DNA of 63,143 bases, filler included, from Nemertoderma westbladi (Eukaryota > Animalia > Xenacoelomorpha): NCBI GenBank assembly GCA_032718475.1. It is 3 parts of 3 records of this genome, joined end to end, with 100 filler letters (N's around TTAATTAATTAA, not from the genome) between each part and the next. Parts side by side here need not be neighbours in the genome. Positions count along the whole stretch, not along the records: positions 24,265 to 50,419 come from JAUCBJ010008386.1; 2 more parts are not named here. One strand, given 5' to 3'. The notes beneath the pieces are model-generated. The model was not told the DNA's origin. It saw nothing but the letters and a program-made list of their open reading frames with translations, and did not search any database. Positions 24,265 to 36,717 of this stretch are shown one piece after another; within the stretch, counting starts at the first letter, position 1, and every line of letters starts with the position of its first letter. The translations under genes were made by a program, and so were the position numbers.

Positions 24265-27200
24265 GAGTGTCTTGGTCTCTGGCAGATCATCTTTGATCAA
24301 ATCGAGATCTTTCGCCCCTCGATCTTCCACAGGGATCGACTCCAGAAACTCACGGGAGTTGCTGGTGAATTTCGTTAATCGAAACCCACCTCTTTTTAAG
24401 CACTCTACCGTTCCTTTAGCGACCTCAATGGCTTCCTCAACTGATGGGAGGGACTTCAGATTGTCGTCCATGTATATGTCTCTTTTGATGTTGTCGATCA
24501 CTTCCTTAGAGAATGCCTCTCGGTTGTCCTCTGCAGTAGTACGCACTACCGAACAGGCGTTGGAAGGGCTTGAGATTATCCCAAAGGCCTGGATGGTCAT
24601 CCAGTACTCCACCGGTTTCTGGTTGAGGTCTCCTTCGGGCCACCATAGAAATCGTAGGCTATCTCGATCCCTATCCAACACTTTGACTTGCAAGAACATG
24701 CCTTCTATATCGGAGGCGAAAGCAATCGAATATTGTCTCAATCTTAAAAGAATCCCCAACAAAGATTGAAGTAAGTTGGGTCCGGGTAACAATTCAGAGT
24801 TAAGGGATTGACCCATGTAAAGAGCGGAGCCATCAAACACTACTCTCACTTCATTAGGTTTACCGGGTTTAGGAACGTAATGGTGAGTTAAATAATACGT
24901 TCTTTCAGTCACAGGTGTTTCTTCCGGTACTCTCTCCGCATATCCCTTATTAATGAATTTTTCCAGCTGTGTTTGATACATTGCTTTAGCTGATGAATTA
25001 GCCGTAAGGCGTCGATGGAGTTGCGCGATTCTTTTTTCCGCCAGGGGTCTATTATTGATGAACTTCGGTTCTCTCTTGCGAAAAGGTAAACCGACTTCGT
25101 ATCTTCCTTGATCTTTGAGGAAACGTGTAGTTGTCTCTTGGATCTGCTTGGCCCTTTCCTCTTCCACCGACAAGGCTTTATCGTAGGAATTGGGCTCTAC
25201 CGCCTCTTGCGTAAAGAATCGTACAGCATGTTCATCTCGAGTCTTGGCATTGCAACGTTCAATGACGTCATTTAACTCGTCGTTATAAGCTTCTCGTTCA
25301 GAGGGATAGAGAAGTTGACATAAGTTAACTTGGTTTTGCCAAGCCTCGTTTTCCTTAAGGAGATCGATGGTATTCTCCTCATCAAAAAGCTGGTGAACGT
25401 CGTCGTTATCTGAGGAGTATGGAATTCCCTCAGTTGAATCGTCTCCTTCACTAGCATCATCTTCCCATTCACTCACCTGGCAGACTCTCTCTTGCGGTAG
25501 TCTTTCTCTGAGTGTTCTACGGGAAGGGCCAGTAAAGTACCAACCTACTCTAGTTCTCACCGCATAGGTCTGTAGGGGCTGCGGTTGAGCAGGCCGTTTC
25601 TCTAACGTCTCCAGCGCCTCATGCGCGTTTTGGCCGATGAGTATTTGCACTCCAGGATAATCAGTCTGGAATCGAGGTATGTTAAGATGTTGGATGCTCT
25701 CATCTTCGTCCCAATTATAAAGGTCTGCTTGAGTAGTAGCGAAGTTCTTTATAGCCACCATTTTCACTGACCTTATGCTGTTTTCTCCTAATTCGTCCTG
25801 GGGGGTGGACAATGCTCCTACATAATAATCAGCTGTTATTGTAGATTTCCAAACTTGCATAATGCCTGACATGTTGAGCTTAGTTTGGAACTTGGGTTGT
25901 CCAGCAAATATATCTTCGGCTAGCTCTTTATCGATGAATGTTCCTGTGCTGCCGGAGTCCAGGAGGGCGTTCACTATATAACTCCGTTTAGGTCCGTGCA
26001 CCCTTACCTGCACCACAGGAAACTCTCGGATCCCTACATTGGAAGATGGCTCTTTCCAAGATGGTTGTCGTTCAGAAGTAGTTAGAGTAAAGTCGTTCTC
26101 TGTATCTTTTTCATATGTGAGTGCTCGATACACTGCGGTATTTATCATGTAACAGGATTCGTTTTCGTCGGAGAACTCGTCTGTATAGAATCCTTCCATC
26201 TCAGATTGATCAGTGTCGTTCACATCACTGAATTGGACATGTAGCTCGGAATCACTTACCTGATTCGGACTATTTCGATCGAATTCAGCGTGCAACAAGG
26301 TATGATGTTTCGCACCACACTTTGCACACCTTATGTCAGAGAAACAGGTTCGTCGTTGGTGTCCTTGTCTGAGGCAATTATAACATAACCGCTTATCCCA
26401 CATGACTTCGCGTCTCTCTGTTAATGATTTCTTTAGAAATTCATCACACCTATTCAAATGGTGGATCCCGTCGCACAGCGCACATTTTGGTTTGATGTTA
26501 CTTACCTTGTTTTGAGTCACATTGTGTACACTTGCCTTTTCTTCGGGTTTTCTCACCTGAATTCTCTTGGGAGACGTGGGAGGAGTTTTTCTTACCTGTT
26601 CCCTCCTGTCATTTGTTCGAGACTTGAATTTACTTACCTGATCTTTAGGCATTTTATTGACATAATAAGATCTATCAGTGTCTTTCCCGCTATCTTCTCC
26701 TTGAGAAGTCTGGCTTTCGCCGTCGTCTGTATAACATACTGGTGTTACCTTTCTCCTAGAGACGGGTTTTTCACTTACCTTGTTTTCCGGTGTCTTCTCC
26801 CTAGACAGTTTCAGGAGCTGTAATTTCACTTCTCCATCTAGGAATGACATGAGATCAGCCATGGTAGGGTCTCGTCGTTGTTGTTCCATCATATATAACA
26901 CTTTCTTATCCCAGCGTGTACCTACTCCACCTTTCGGTAAAGTAGAAGCCACTGCTCTAATAACCATAGTGTTCTGATACTCATGAGACTTACCTAGCCA
27001 ATCTAATTGTCTGCAGATCTCCTGGATCTCATCGGAAAACTCGATAATTCCGCTACTAATAAACTTTCGGGGCGCTACTAACTTTGCATATAAGTACCCA
27101 GCGATATTATTCCTATTACCATACCTGATGTTTAGTGTATCCCAAACTTGTCTTAATCCGTCTGGATGTCCAATAAACTTTAACGCCATTAACTTGGGAG

Positions 27201-29715
27201 ATCCTTCCAAGCACTCGATGAGGTATCTAAGTTTTTCTCCATTAGATAGTACAGAGTTCTGTATGTTATCTTTGTAATATTCATTAAAAGGTAACCATTT
27301 CATCTCATCTCCATTGAACTTGACAATCTCTCCCACCTTTACCGCTTGCCGGGCTTCGGTTCTAGCCATTTGACGCGTAAAACTTTCTTGGGCCATCGTG
27401 TTATTTAATATCGAGTTATCGGTATATAAATTTCTCGGATTATGATCAGCTCTATATGGAATATCATTATCAACAGGTCTATAATTACCCTTAATAGGGT
27501 TCACTATAGGAGTTTCAACTTCGCTAGCAGTATATATGCGTGTAGGCTCCACACCTTGCGCATGCGATACTTCAGACCTAACAGGTTGACACATTGTTAC
27601 AGAGGGTGGTGGTATACCCTTTTGGGTATTTACTAATTTATCGCGTTCAAGCGCGATACTTTGCTGCACTTCTTGCAACTCTAGCCTACTTTCCCTTACT
27701 GTGCCCTTGAATTGCTGGACAGTCTCCTGCATCTGCCCGAGCAGGATATCCATCCCCCGCCGTCTCTCGTCCACCCATTCGACCGCCGAAGCGGGAGTCG
27801 CCAACGTTGTAGCGGGCGGACGAGGGACAACGGGCGACAAATTGTGAATATTTCGCTCGGGGTCCAGGACCTGAACTGTCTCCTGGGCAGTTCTGCGGGG
27901 CACAGGTAGCTTAGTGCTATGCAGAGGGAATTTAGAGGTAACTTCAGGGAGCACAGGGGTGTCTATCACCGAAGGGGTGATTTCAAGAACAGGCCTAATT
28001 ATTTCAGGCTCATCTACTATCGTAGGGAGTCTTTCTATTTTAATTATTTGGTCTGTGGGTTCTGTACTGCCTAAGTTGGTGCTATTTAGTTGCCTTCTAA
28101 CAGCTGGAGGCAAATCAGGCAATTTCTGACGGTGGAATGTTCTTTTACGTCTGCTTAGACGAGATCTATTTCCTTTGCCGTCAGTATCGGTAGTATCGCC
28201 TTCCTCAGATGATGTATATCCCTGCCTTTTGGGAGTAGATCGATTCATCATCTGCATATTACTAGCTGTTAACTGTTTATTTATGCAGTCTTGATTCTCC
28301 TGAATGTTTTCCAATTCTAATTGGGTGGTTTCTTCAGCCGCTTTCCGTTCTGCTTCTGCCACTTTTGCCTCTGCCGCTGCCTCTGCCGCTGCCTCTGCCG
28401 CTTTTGCCTCTGCCGCTGCCTCTGCCGCTTTTGCCTCTGCCGCTGCCTCTGCCGCTTTTGCCTTGGCCGCTGCCTCTGCCGCCTTTGCCTTGGCCGCTGC
28501 CGCCTTTCTTTCTGCTTCTGCAGCTACCACTGCTGCTTTCTTTCTGTCTTCTATACGTTTTTTCTTTACTTGTTCTTCTTGAACTCGTGTGATGCGGAGT
28601 TGTTCATCGAATTTAGCCTGATTCGCAGCCCTCATTTCCACATTGATGGCATCCAACACAAGCTTGGTTCCTTCACTATTAGGGCTAAGTCCCTCTAACC
28701 TTCTCCTCAACTCGTCATCACCTAAAAAACGTTGATAGTCTGACAGATAGATGTCAATGGCATCCCTCTTATGCGGTTTCTCTGCCGTCGCTTCACTTTC
28801 CACTTGGGAAAAAGTAGTGTCTGTTGATTCTCCATGGGTTGAGCGCTCCTCTAGCTGAGCTTTCCACTGAGCTGTTCCTTGAACCTGGAGACTCACCCGT
28901 TGAAACCAAGTCTTTACGGCAACTTGCAACGACGTGTCTTGCCTTCGTTTAGAAGCCTCCTCAAAGGCCGATAATATTAGCCTGATTCGTAGAATTCTTT
29001 CTCTAACTTGATAAAGCAGCAATCCCTGCTCTTGAGGTCCTTGAGGTTGTTGAAACAGTTGTTCTTTTAATCGCTCTATAGAGCTGAAGAATCCCTGTGC
29101 GTATCCGGCTGCGGACCTCTTCCACACAGCTGGATCGATGGTTTCCTTGGCTACTCCCATCCGGTGTATGTCTTCCCAGGCAGCTTCTGATAAATCAAAC
29201 GGGAGTCCGGGTCCGGGGAAGTTCCATTGCGACTCGACAATAGACTTCAGTTCTTCACTCGTGTATCCCGCATAACTATCTCTAGTTGACCGTTGACTTC
29301 TCGCCCAATCGATCTGGTGTTCTTCCACCGCGATCAATAACCTAGTGAGTACGGCTGCAGGAAGGATGAGAAGGGGATCCGTATAAACCGCATCCGTCAT
29401 CTCTTCTCCGCGCCCGGGTGTCAGCTCTACAGTATCCTCACTACTGGAGCTGCTGGGCCGCTGAGGAATAAGTTCTTGACTAGCGGGTTGTTGCTGTTCC
29501 GCTGCTTCTTGGTCCCGTTTGACCTGAGCTCGAGTGCCTATGATAGACCTACGATGTTGGACCAGCCTAGGTTCTTTTATTACTACTGGAGGGATGACTT
29601 TCCTCACAGTGGGAGGTGAACTGAACTTACGACTAGAAGGTTCTACGCCTCTATCTGAGTCGCAGATAGTTACATCTAATAAACTGTCTGACAGGTTCTG
29701 CTTAGTATCAGACAT
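24265..29715 (-). CDS. BEL/Pao LTR retrotransposon Gag-Pol polyprotein, truncated at the gap
   Basis: Pao-type Gag core, triple Cys/His knuckles (CALCDGIH, CYNCLRQGH, CAKCGAKHHTLLH), protease LLDSGST, RT motifs RVVFDGS / SLNSELLPGPNL / YMDD. More than 1800 uninterrupted codons. Confidence 0.95.
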
Positions 29716-31069
29716 GTCTATGTATACCGTTGAATGTCTACTGCTGTATTACAGTCTGAGCAAGTCTAGTAACTCAGTATTAACTGTTAGCCTAGTAATT
29801 AATTACCGGTACTGCTACTCAGTGTAGTAGGATATATAATATATTAGAACACCGGTATGCTTATGGTATATATAACTATATAAGTATTATTACAGACTAG
29901 GTTTATCACAGAATACCGGTATAATTTTAGCACAAATATATATAAATATATAATAGGCCTATCGGGAATACCGGTATACAGCTTACAGTTTGTAGTATAT
30001 ATAATTCTGGACTAGAATTAATTACAAGTACCGGTATAATTTCAGCCTAAATTTATTGAAATAAAGATAATAGGCCTATCGTAAGTACCGGTATATCAAT
30101 TATTTTAAATAATTGAATTTCTGAATTTTAAGGGTTACTTGGTTACTTTAACTTACTGTATTACCGTGATTTAAGCAGTAGTCCAACTGATATTGAGACC
30201 TAATGGTTGTATGGCAGGCCTACTATTTATAAATCGTTTGAGTTGATTTATAATATATATATACCCGTTTAATGGGTTTTGTCAATGTTGAAATAAATGT
30301 TATTATTTCTGGGGGGTAATCACTACACAAAGCGGTGCGCTTTTAGTTAAGTGTTACTTATAGGACACTAAAACAAATAATTCTAATTTACCTAAGTTAC
30401 TTATTACTACAAATTACGTACAATTCGGGTGAGATTACAATCTCTAAATAAACACAAAAATTTACAAAAAACACAAAATACTAATTTTTAGGGTAATTTT
30501 ACAAGAAGTCTACAAACCAGCCTAACAAAGGGTTAGAATCTGGTTATTACAACTGACAGGGTACTGCGGTATTTGAAAATAATACGTAGTAGTAAGTACA
30601 CTGCGTTGTCCAGATAGGAAAATACCACCGCCTGACGACCTATAGCCGTATCGCTATAGGTACTACGTTATGTATCACGGAGTGTTCCTACCTAGAAGTT
30701 AATAGAGCTAATCGAACGTGCCTATCAACCACTTTACAACACAAATATAATGCCTACACTAATTACTTTCGGAAAGCACTGTACACTAAACCCTAAATTA
30801 GGTACAAGTACTTGTATAACAAATAATCAGTAGTTAAATATACTTGAACAGCTAAAAGAACCACAGCATCTGCTGGAGTGACCGATGCACAAAATCACCA
30901 GTCTTTACCTACGCCGAGCAGCCCGTGTAGTACCGGGGTTAATTTAACTATAGCGGTATGTATAACAAACACAATTACTGTAGGAACAAACTTGGGGAAT
31001 GAATGTTGCGAATAATCGCATAAACTCTGAATAATAAATATTACGCTACGCGTACAAACCACTCAAACA

Positions 31070-31605
31070 AAATACAGACCGAACACTGACAGACTACTAT
31101 CAAGCCTAAACAAACTACGGTATATGCAGACTCCGAAATGATTAGGGAGTATGCGCTCTAACCCAGTAGTGCGACTTATTCTTTAGTTGGGGGTTTACCT
31201 TACAGCGTTCGCTGCCCCTACTGCCTAACCGTACTTAATCGGACAGATGATCTACACACGCGGTAATCCGTTCAGACCTAATAACAGCCAGACAACTATC
31301 CAGCCTACAAATTATCTAAATAAAATTATACGCTACCCGTACAGACTTACCCAAACAAAGTACAGACCAAACGATGGCAGACTACTCTCAAGCCTAAATA
31401 AACTACAGGACATGCAGACTCCGAAATGATTAGGGAGTATGCGCTCTAACCCAGTAGTGCGACTTATTCTTTAGTTGGGGGTTTACCTTACAGCGTTCGC
31501 TGCCCCTACTTCCTAACCGTACTTAATCGGACAGATGATCTACACACACTGCAATCCGTTCAGACTTAACAGCAATCAGACAACAGCTCAGCCTACAAAT
31601 TGTCT
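31070..31605 (-). repeat. 288-bp tandem duplication in the Pao leader with a conserved ~140-nt structured core
   Basis: Core 31120-31260 is almost identical to 31410-31549, while the flanks are more diverged. Confidence 0.9.
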
Positions 31606-31885
31606 GTACAATCTGATCAGGCTTACACGCCTTCTGTTCAATACTGGCCTACAAACAAATAAAACTTGACAGAAATAAGTTAAAATCTCAATAAAAAACC
31701 AGGGCGGGCCCTCCCTGATTAATTATTAAGGCCTACCGGTATATAATTATCAAAATCGAATAATACTGCTGTACCTGTACTGCTGTAGGTACCGGTCCGG
31801 GTGGTTAGGTAGTCAGGCCTACTGGGTACCGGTTGCCGGTACTTCAGCTTTATTGCCTACTGCAATACAGAAGCTATATCCTTTA

Positions 31886-32525
31886 ATGTTCGCGCTTTTA
31901 GACCTTTGGCAGTTTAACCCACCAAATTAAGATGTCTTCTAGATATTAAATCGGTTTTTAGTCTATGACAAGTATTTGATTCACTACACTAGTCGAAACC
32001 AATCTGTGCGCGATCATTCACCCGCTGGATATTCCCGGGAGATTGGGTTCGACGGCTTAAATTTTATTGCTATGTAAGCCTAATGTATTATTCGACTGAC
32101 AGTATTATATAATCTCTGACAATATTATTCACCTTCGGGAATATTAACAGTTCCTTTAGGACGTGGCGCTTTATCTATATAAACAGAGTTATGACTTAAA
32201 CTACTCACAACGATATGGCTTAATTATAATTCACATATATGGCGCATTCTTTAGGAATTGCTTCTTTAAAAGACTCACTCATACACAATGCTGCACAATA
32301 CTGCACACTAATCTGCCAATCTTCACTGATTTTAGTCACATATAAAAGGAACACAGACTGACTCATGTAGGGTCTATCAAATAACATTAGATTCACTTCA
32401 AACCACTTTAACATAAGTCACAATCGTTATTGGTAACCTTTCTCTCTTACCTTCGGTATATCAAGAATATTGGGTTTTCGGGGTTATTTCTCGTTATTCC
32501 AATATAATAATTCATCAACAAATAT
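31886..32525 (-). ncRNA. Putative large cis-acting structured RNA in the Pao leader, copy 1
   Basis: Colinear homology to 62381-63037 with compensatory changes in several stems. Confidence 0.7.
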
Positions 32526-33121
32526 AATGAATAACCGACAACAAATAGCAGTACACAGTATCGATTGAGCAGGTAATTTTAGCAGTTTCAGCAGTTATTA
32601 AAAGCCGTGTGTCAGCAGTCAGTGTATTCCCAGATCAGTGATTCCATGAGTTTGATCGGTATGTCAGTTAAAGGATATATGCCCTTATAATTAAACCTAC
32701 TAGTGTAAGACTAAAAACTGAAAACACGGAGGTGCCAAAAGCCGGTTCTTAGGCTCTGGGCAAAAAACATAACACTGAACTACTGAGTTTCTGTATATAC
32801 CTCCAACACAGGGACAACAAACGCTCTGATTGGTCAACCTGAACAACGAGAGAACAAAGAAACAAAGAAACGTCGACGTGGCAATATCAGCTGCTAGCCG
32901 TCGTCATGGTAGCGACACTGTTTTCAAAGTATCCAGCTATTGCGTCACGAGATTGTGGATTATGTCCTCTAAAGTACAAATACAGTAAAAATACATAAGA
33001 AATGACTTTTATGTCCTCTAAAACACCAGTACAGCAAGGACACGGTCTTTTTATGCCTGGCAAACCAACTACAGAGTACTTTAAGGGAAAATAACCGGCT
33101 AATTACGCAAAAGCTTTTACA

Positions 33122-35613
33122 ATGGGAGACTTCAATGTTGATCTTTTAAAAATGGATCGCCATGCTCACACACAAGATTTTTTTGCTCCTTTAATTTTTT
33201 TCCAACCATATCAAAACCAACTCGAATTACTGAGAATTCAGCTTCGTGTATTGATAACATATACTGTAATACTATATCCAAAGATACCGAATCTGGAATA
33301 TTTATTACTGCAATCACGGATCACTTACCAATATTCCTACTGGATAACCCATTGCCACTTAATAAGAAACAAAGAACGGAAAAATACATATTAACACGAA
33401 AAATAAATGACTCACTAATAGACAACTTTAATAACTTGTTACGTATTGAAAAATGGGAGGATCCTAACTTAGCCTATGATTTGTTCACAAACACTTTCAT
33501 AAAATTATACAATTCTACATTTCCAATTAAAAAAGTTAAAATAAGAAATATCAATACACCATGGATTAGCGAGGGATTGCAGCGTTGTATCAAACGAAAG
33601 GATAATCTTTATTACCTATACATTAAAAATCCATCGGATGATAATAATAAAAAATTTCGGCGATATAGAAACTCATTGAAAAGTGCAATACGACATGCAA
33701 AAAAAGAATATTTTCAAAACAATTTAGATAAGAATAAGAATAATGCTAGAAATATGTGGAAATCAATAAACTTATTAATAAATAGAAAATCTACCAATAC
33801 GTCCCCAACATTAATTAATCAAAATTCCCGCTCATATGTTGATCCCTCTACCATAGCTACGATGTTTAATGACTATTATGTAAAAGTTGGTTCCAATCTC
33901 GATGCGAATATCCCTCACGCAGATGGTTCTCCTCTGGACTACTTGACTCCACCTAAATTTCCAGAGCGCTTTTCCACATTTACTAAAATAACTGTCAATC
34001 AACTTATTGATGTCACTCGGACACTAAACAAAAAGGCTAGCTGTGGTCATGATGGACTGGCTGGAAAAATAATTATTCCAGTTATACATAGCGTAGCCAG
34101 GCCTTTAGCAAGTATTATAAATAACTCCCTAAATACTGGTTGTGTTCCAGATGCTATAAAAATTGGTCGTATAATACCTATTTTTAAGTCAGGAGACCCT
34201 ACTTGGACAAAAAACTATCGTCCAATTTCAGTTCTACCATTCTTTTCAAAAATGTTTGAAAAGGTCGTTTTTAATCAAATTCTACAATACATAACCAAAC
34301 AGGCAATACTTACAGTTAACCAATATGGATTTCGTCATGGCAGGTCAACTGAACTGGCCCTGCTGAATCTACTGGATATCGTAACTAAGGCTTTAGATGA
34401 TAAGGAATTTAGTTTAGCCATATCAATTGACCTATCTAAGGCATTTGATACAGTTCCACATAACATACTAATTGACAAACTTAAATTCTATGGTATCACT
34501 GACACCCCACTGAATTGGCTGAATAACTATCTCACTGGACGTCAACAATATGTAGAAATTAATAGGACCAAATCTGGACTGCGTACTATTACTATAGGTG
34601 TGCCCCAGGGAAGTATCCTTGGGCCTCTTCTATTCCTACTATATGTGAATGACATAGTCAATGTATCTAACATTTTAAAGTACATTATATTCGCTGATGA
34701 CACAAATCTCATAGTCTCACATTCTGATATCGATAACCTTTTCAAAATGGCTAATTCTGAATTATCCAAAATTTCCAGGTGGTTCCACTTGAACCGCCTA
34801 TCCCTTAATACAGATAAAACAAATTACATTATCTTCAGAGCATCTACTAAACCAATTAACATTAATAACAATACTATTAATATTGACGGGAAATCAATTG
34901 ATAAAAAAGAAGAAGTTAAATTTCTTGGTGTATTACTCGACGAAACACTTTCCTGGAAAAATCACCTGAATATGTTGAAGCGTAAAATAAGTAGAAACTG
35001 CGGAATTATAAACAGAATAAAATGGTTTGCAACACCAAAAATGCTAACCAATCTTTACTACTCACTAATTCATCCTTATTTGTCCTATTGCACATCAGTA
35101 TGGGGTAATAGTATCTGGAACACAAGCACAGACCTTCTTCAACCTAACAATAATGGGCGATCCCATACCAAATGGCGTAAAAAACGACTACGCGGAGTTA
35201 AATTACACTCTGCCTCTGCTGCAATTTTCTCACTCAGTAAACAACAACAGCGTATAATTGCATACATTAACAAACGTGATCCTATTTTTAAACCTATACT
35301 ACTAAAGTCGATTTATACAATACAAATTAGCACGATATGCTTTAAATATATCAAACAAATTCTCCCTAGTAATATTCTCCCCAACCTTTTGACACCGTTA
35401 ACTTCAATTCACTCTCATTCTACTCGCAATGCCCATCTACTTGATAACTGTTACATACCCAGGAGCAGATTAAAAATACGCCAAAGTTCAATTTACCATC
35501 AATCTCCAAAAATTTGGAACACTCTTCCCACTGAAGTGCGACAAGCTCAATCACTACCTATTTTCAAAACAAGAATACGTAACCACATGATTGGTTTATT
35601 GTTAGATACATAA
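33122..35613 (+). mobile_element. CR1/L2-type LINE ORF2 (frameshifted endonuclease remnant plus long RT ORF 33352-35613)
   Basis: GDFN and IDNIY-like EN motifs, NYRPIS, DLSKAFD, GVPQGSILGP, FADD. Confidence 0.92.
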
Positions 35614-36084
35614 AAAGTAATTTTCATTTATTTTTCATAATTTGTCTGCATTAATAATTAAACTAGTTAGTTTAGAGTTAAAGGAACTTAAGAAGTGAGA
35701 GAGGGGGGGGGGATGTTTGTATGAGGCAATATGTTATTTGATTGTCTATGTCTGTCTGCGTAATTTCAAATAGCCTTTAAATGGTACCAAACTTTAGCAT
35801 AATAATATATAAATAGTAAATATTGAAATTTAAAATACATTTAAAATACTAAATAATTTTCATGATTACGATTACATAGTGTAGTACAGTCACAGTAGTG
35901 TAGTACAGTAACTTTTGTAGTATTAATATGGTGTCCGAAATAATGGGTTCAACCCGTCCGGCCTCCATCTGCATGATGAATTCATACTATCGCTTTGTTT
36001 AAGTTTTATATAATTATATTATGATGCATGTCAATATGGTTATGATTTCTTCAAGTAGTAAAAATATACATATCTTATCTTATC

Positions 36085-36440
36085 TTATCTTGCTGCCTTG
36101 GCGGCTTGTTTTTTGCAGTATTGATCAAATTTGAGGTCATTCTGGATGATTAGTGCTAAATCACTACAAGAATTGTTACTAATGATAACTGAATCGTTTA
36201 ATTTGTAAGAACACTGCATATTGTTATTACCTATATCAGTATGTGGATAACAGCACATTTGTGTGCTGTGCAGCAATAGTAAGCTGCCACTCGCGGGCCC
36301 AGTTATTTAGTGTTGCGAGGGTAAGAGTTAGTTTATTGAGATCGGCAGAATTGGAGTACAATTTTACATCATCTGCGAAATGTTTAACTTAGACTGCATC
36401 AAGGATATCGGGAAGATCATTTATAAAAAGTAAGAATATT
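36085..36440 (-). pseudogene. Degenerate CR1-like RT fragment
   Basis: Minus-strand translation LFINDLP...FADDVKLY...DLKFDQYC with stops. Confidence 0.65.
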
Positions 36441-36717
36441 GTCACTGAAAGGTTTTAAGTAGGCCTATTTGGCTATTTACTACTGCGTCTCTTCTGGTAC
36501 CGGTACTGCGGTAGCCGGTAGGTAGACCTGTAGACCGGCAATGTCAGCTTGGAGGCCGTACGCCTCCGCCTCCGCCTCCGAACGTACTAAACATATGTCA
36601 TTAAATTTGTAGGCCCTTCAGCCCTTGTCAAGATTTCAATAAGCCTATTCCAGTATTCATTGCAATTTTGGAGTTTGGCTACACCAGTACACCTTCCATT
36701 GCTGCATTGATAGGCTA

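Larger units (their letters stand above)
24265..33121 (-). mobile_element. BEL/Pao element including ~3-kb 5' leader and putative 5' LTR (~32740-33121)
   Basis: Minus-strand TGTAAAAG begins exactly where the adjacent LINE endonuclease sequence (MGDFN) is cut off. A PBS-like TGGCACCTCCG lies near 32737. The inner LTR boundary is uncertain. Confidence 0.6.

Noticed and set aside
30630-30665. CTGACGA followed by a perfect hairpin, resembling a hammerhead core
   Set aside because: The required GAAA after stem II is missing.
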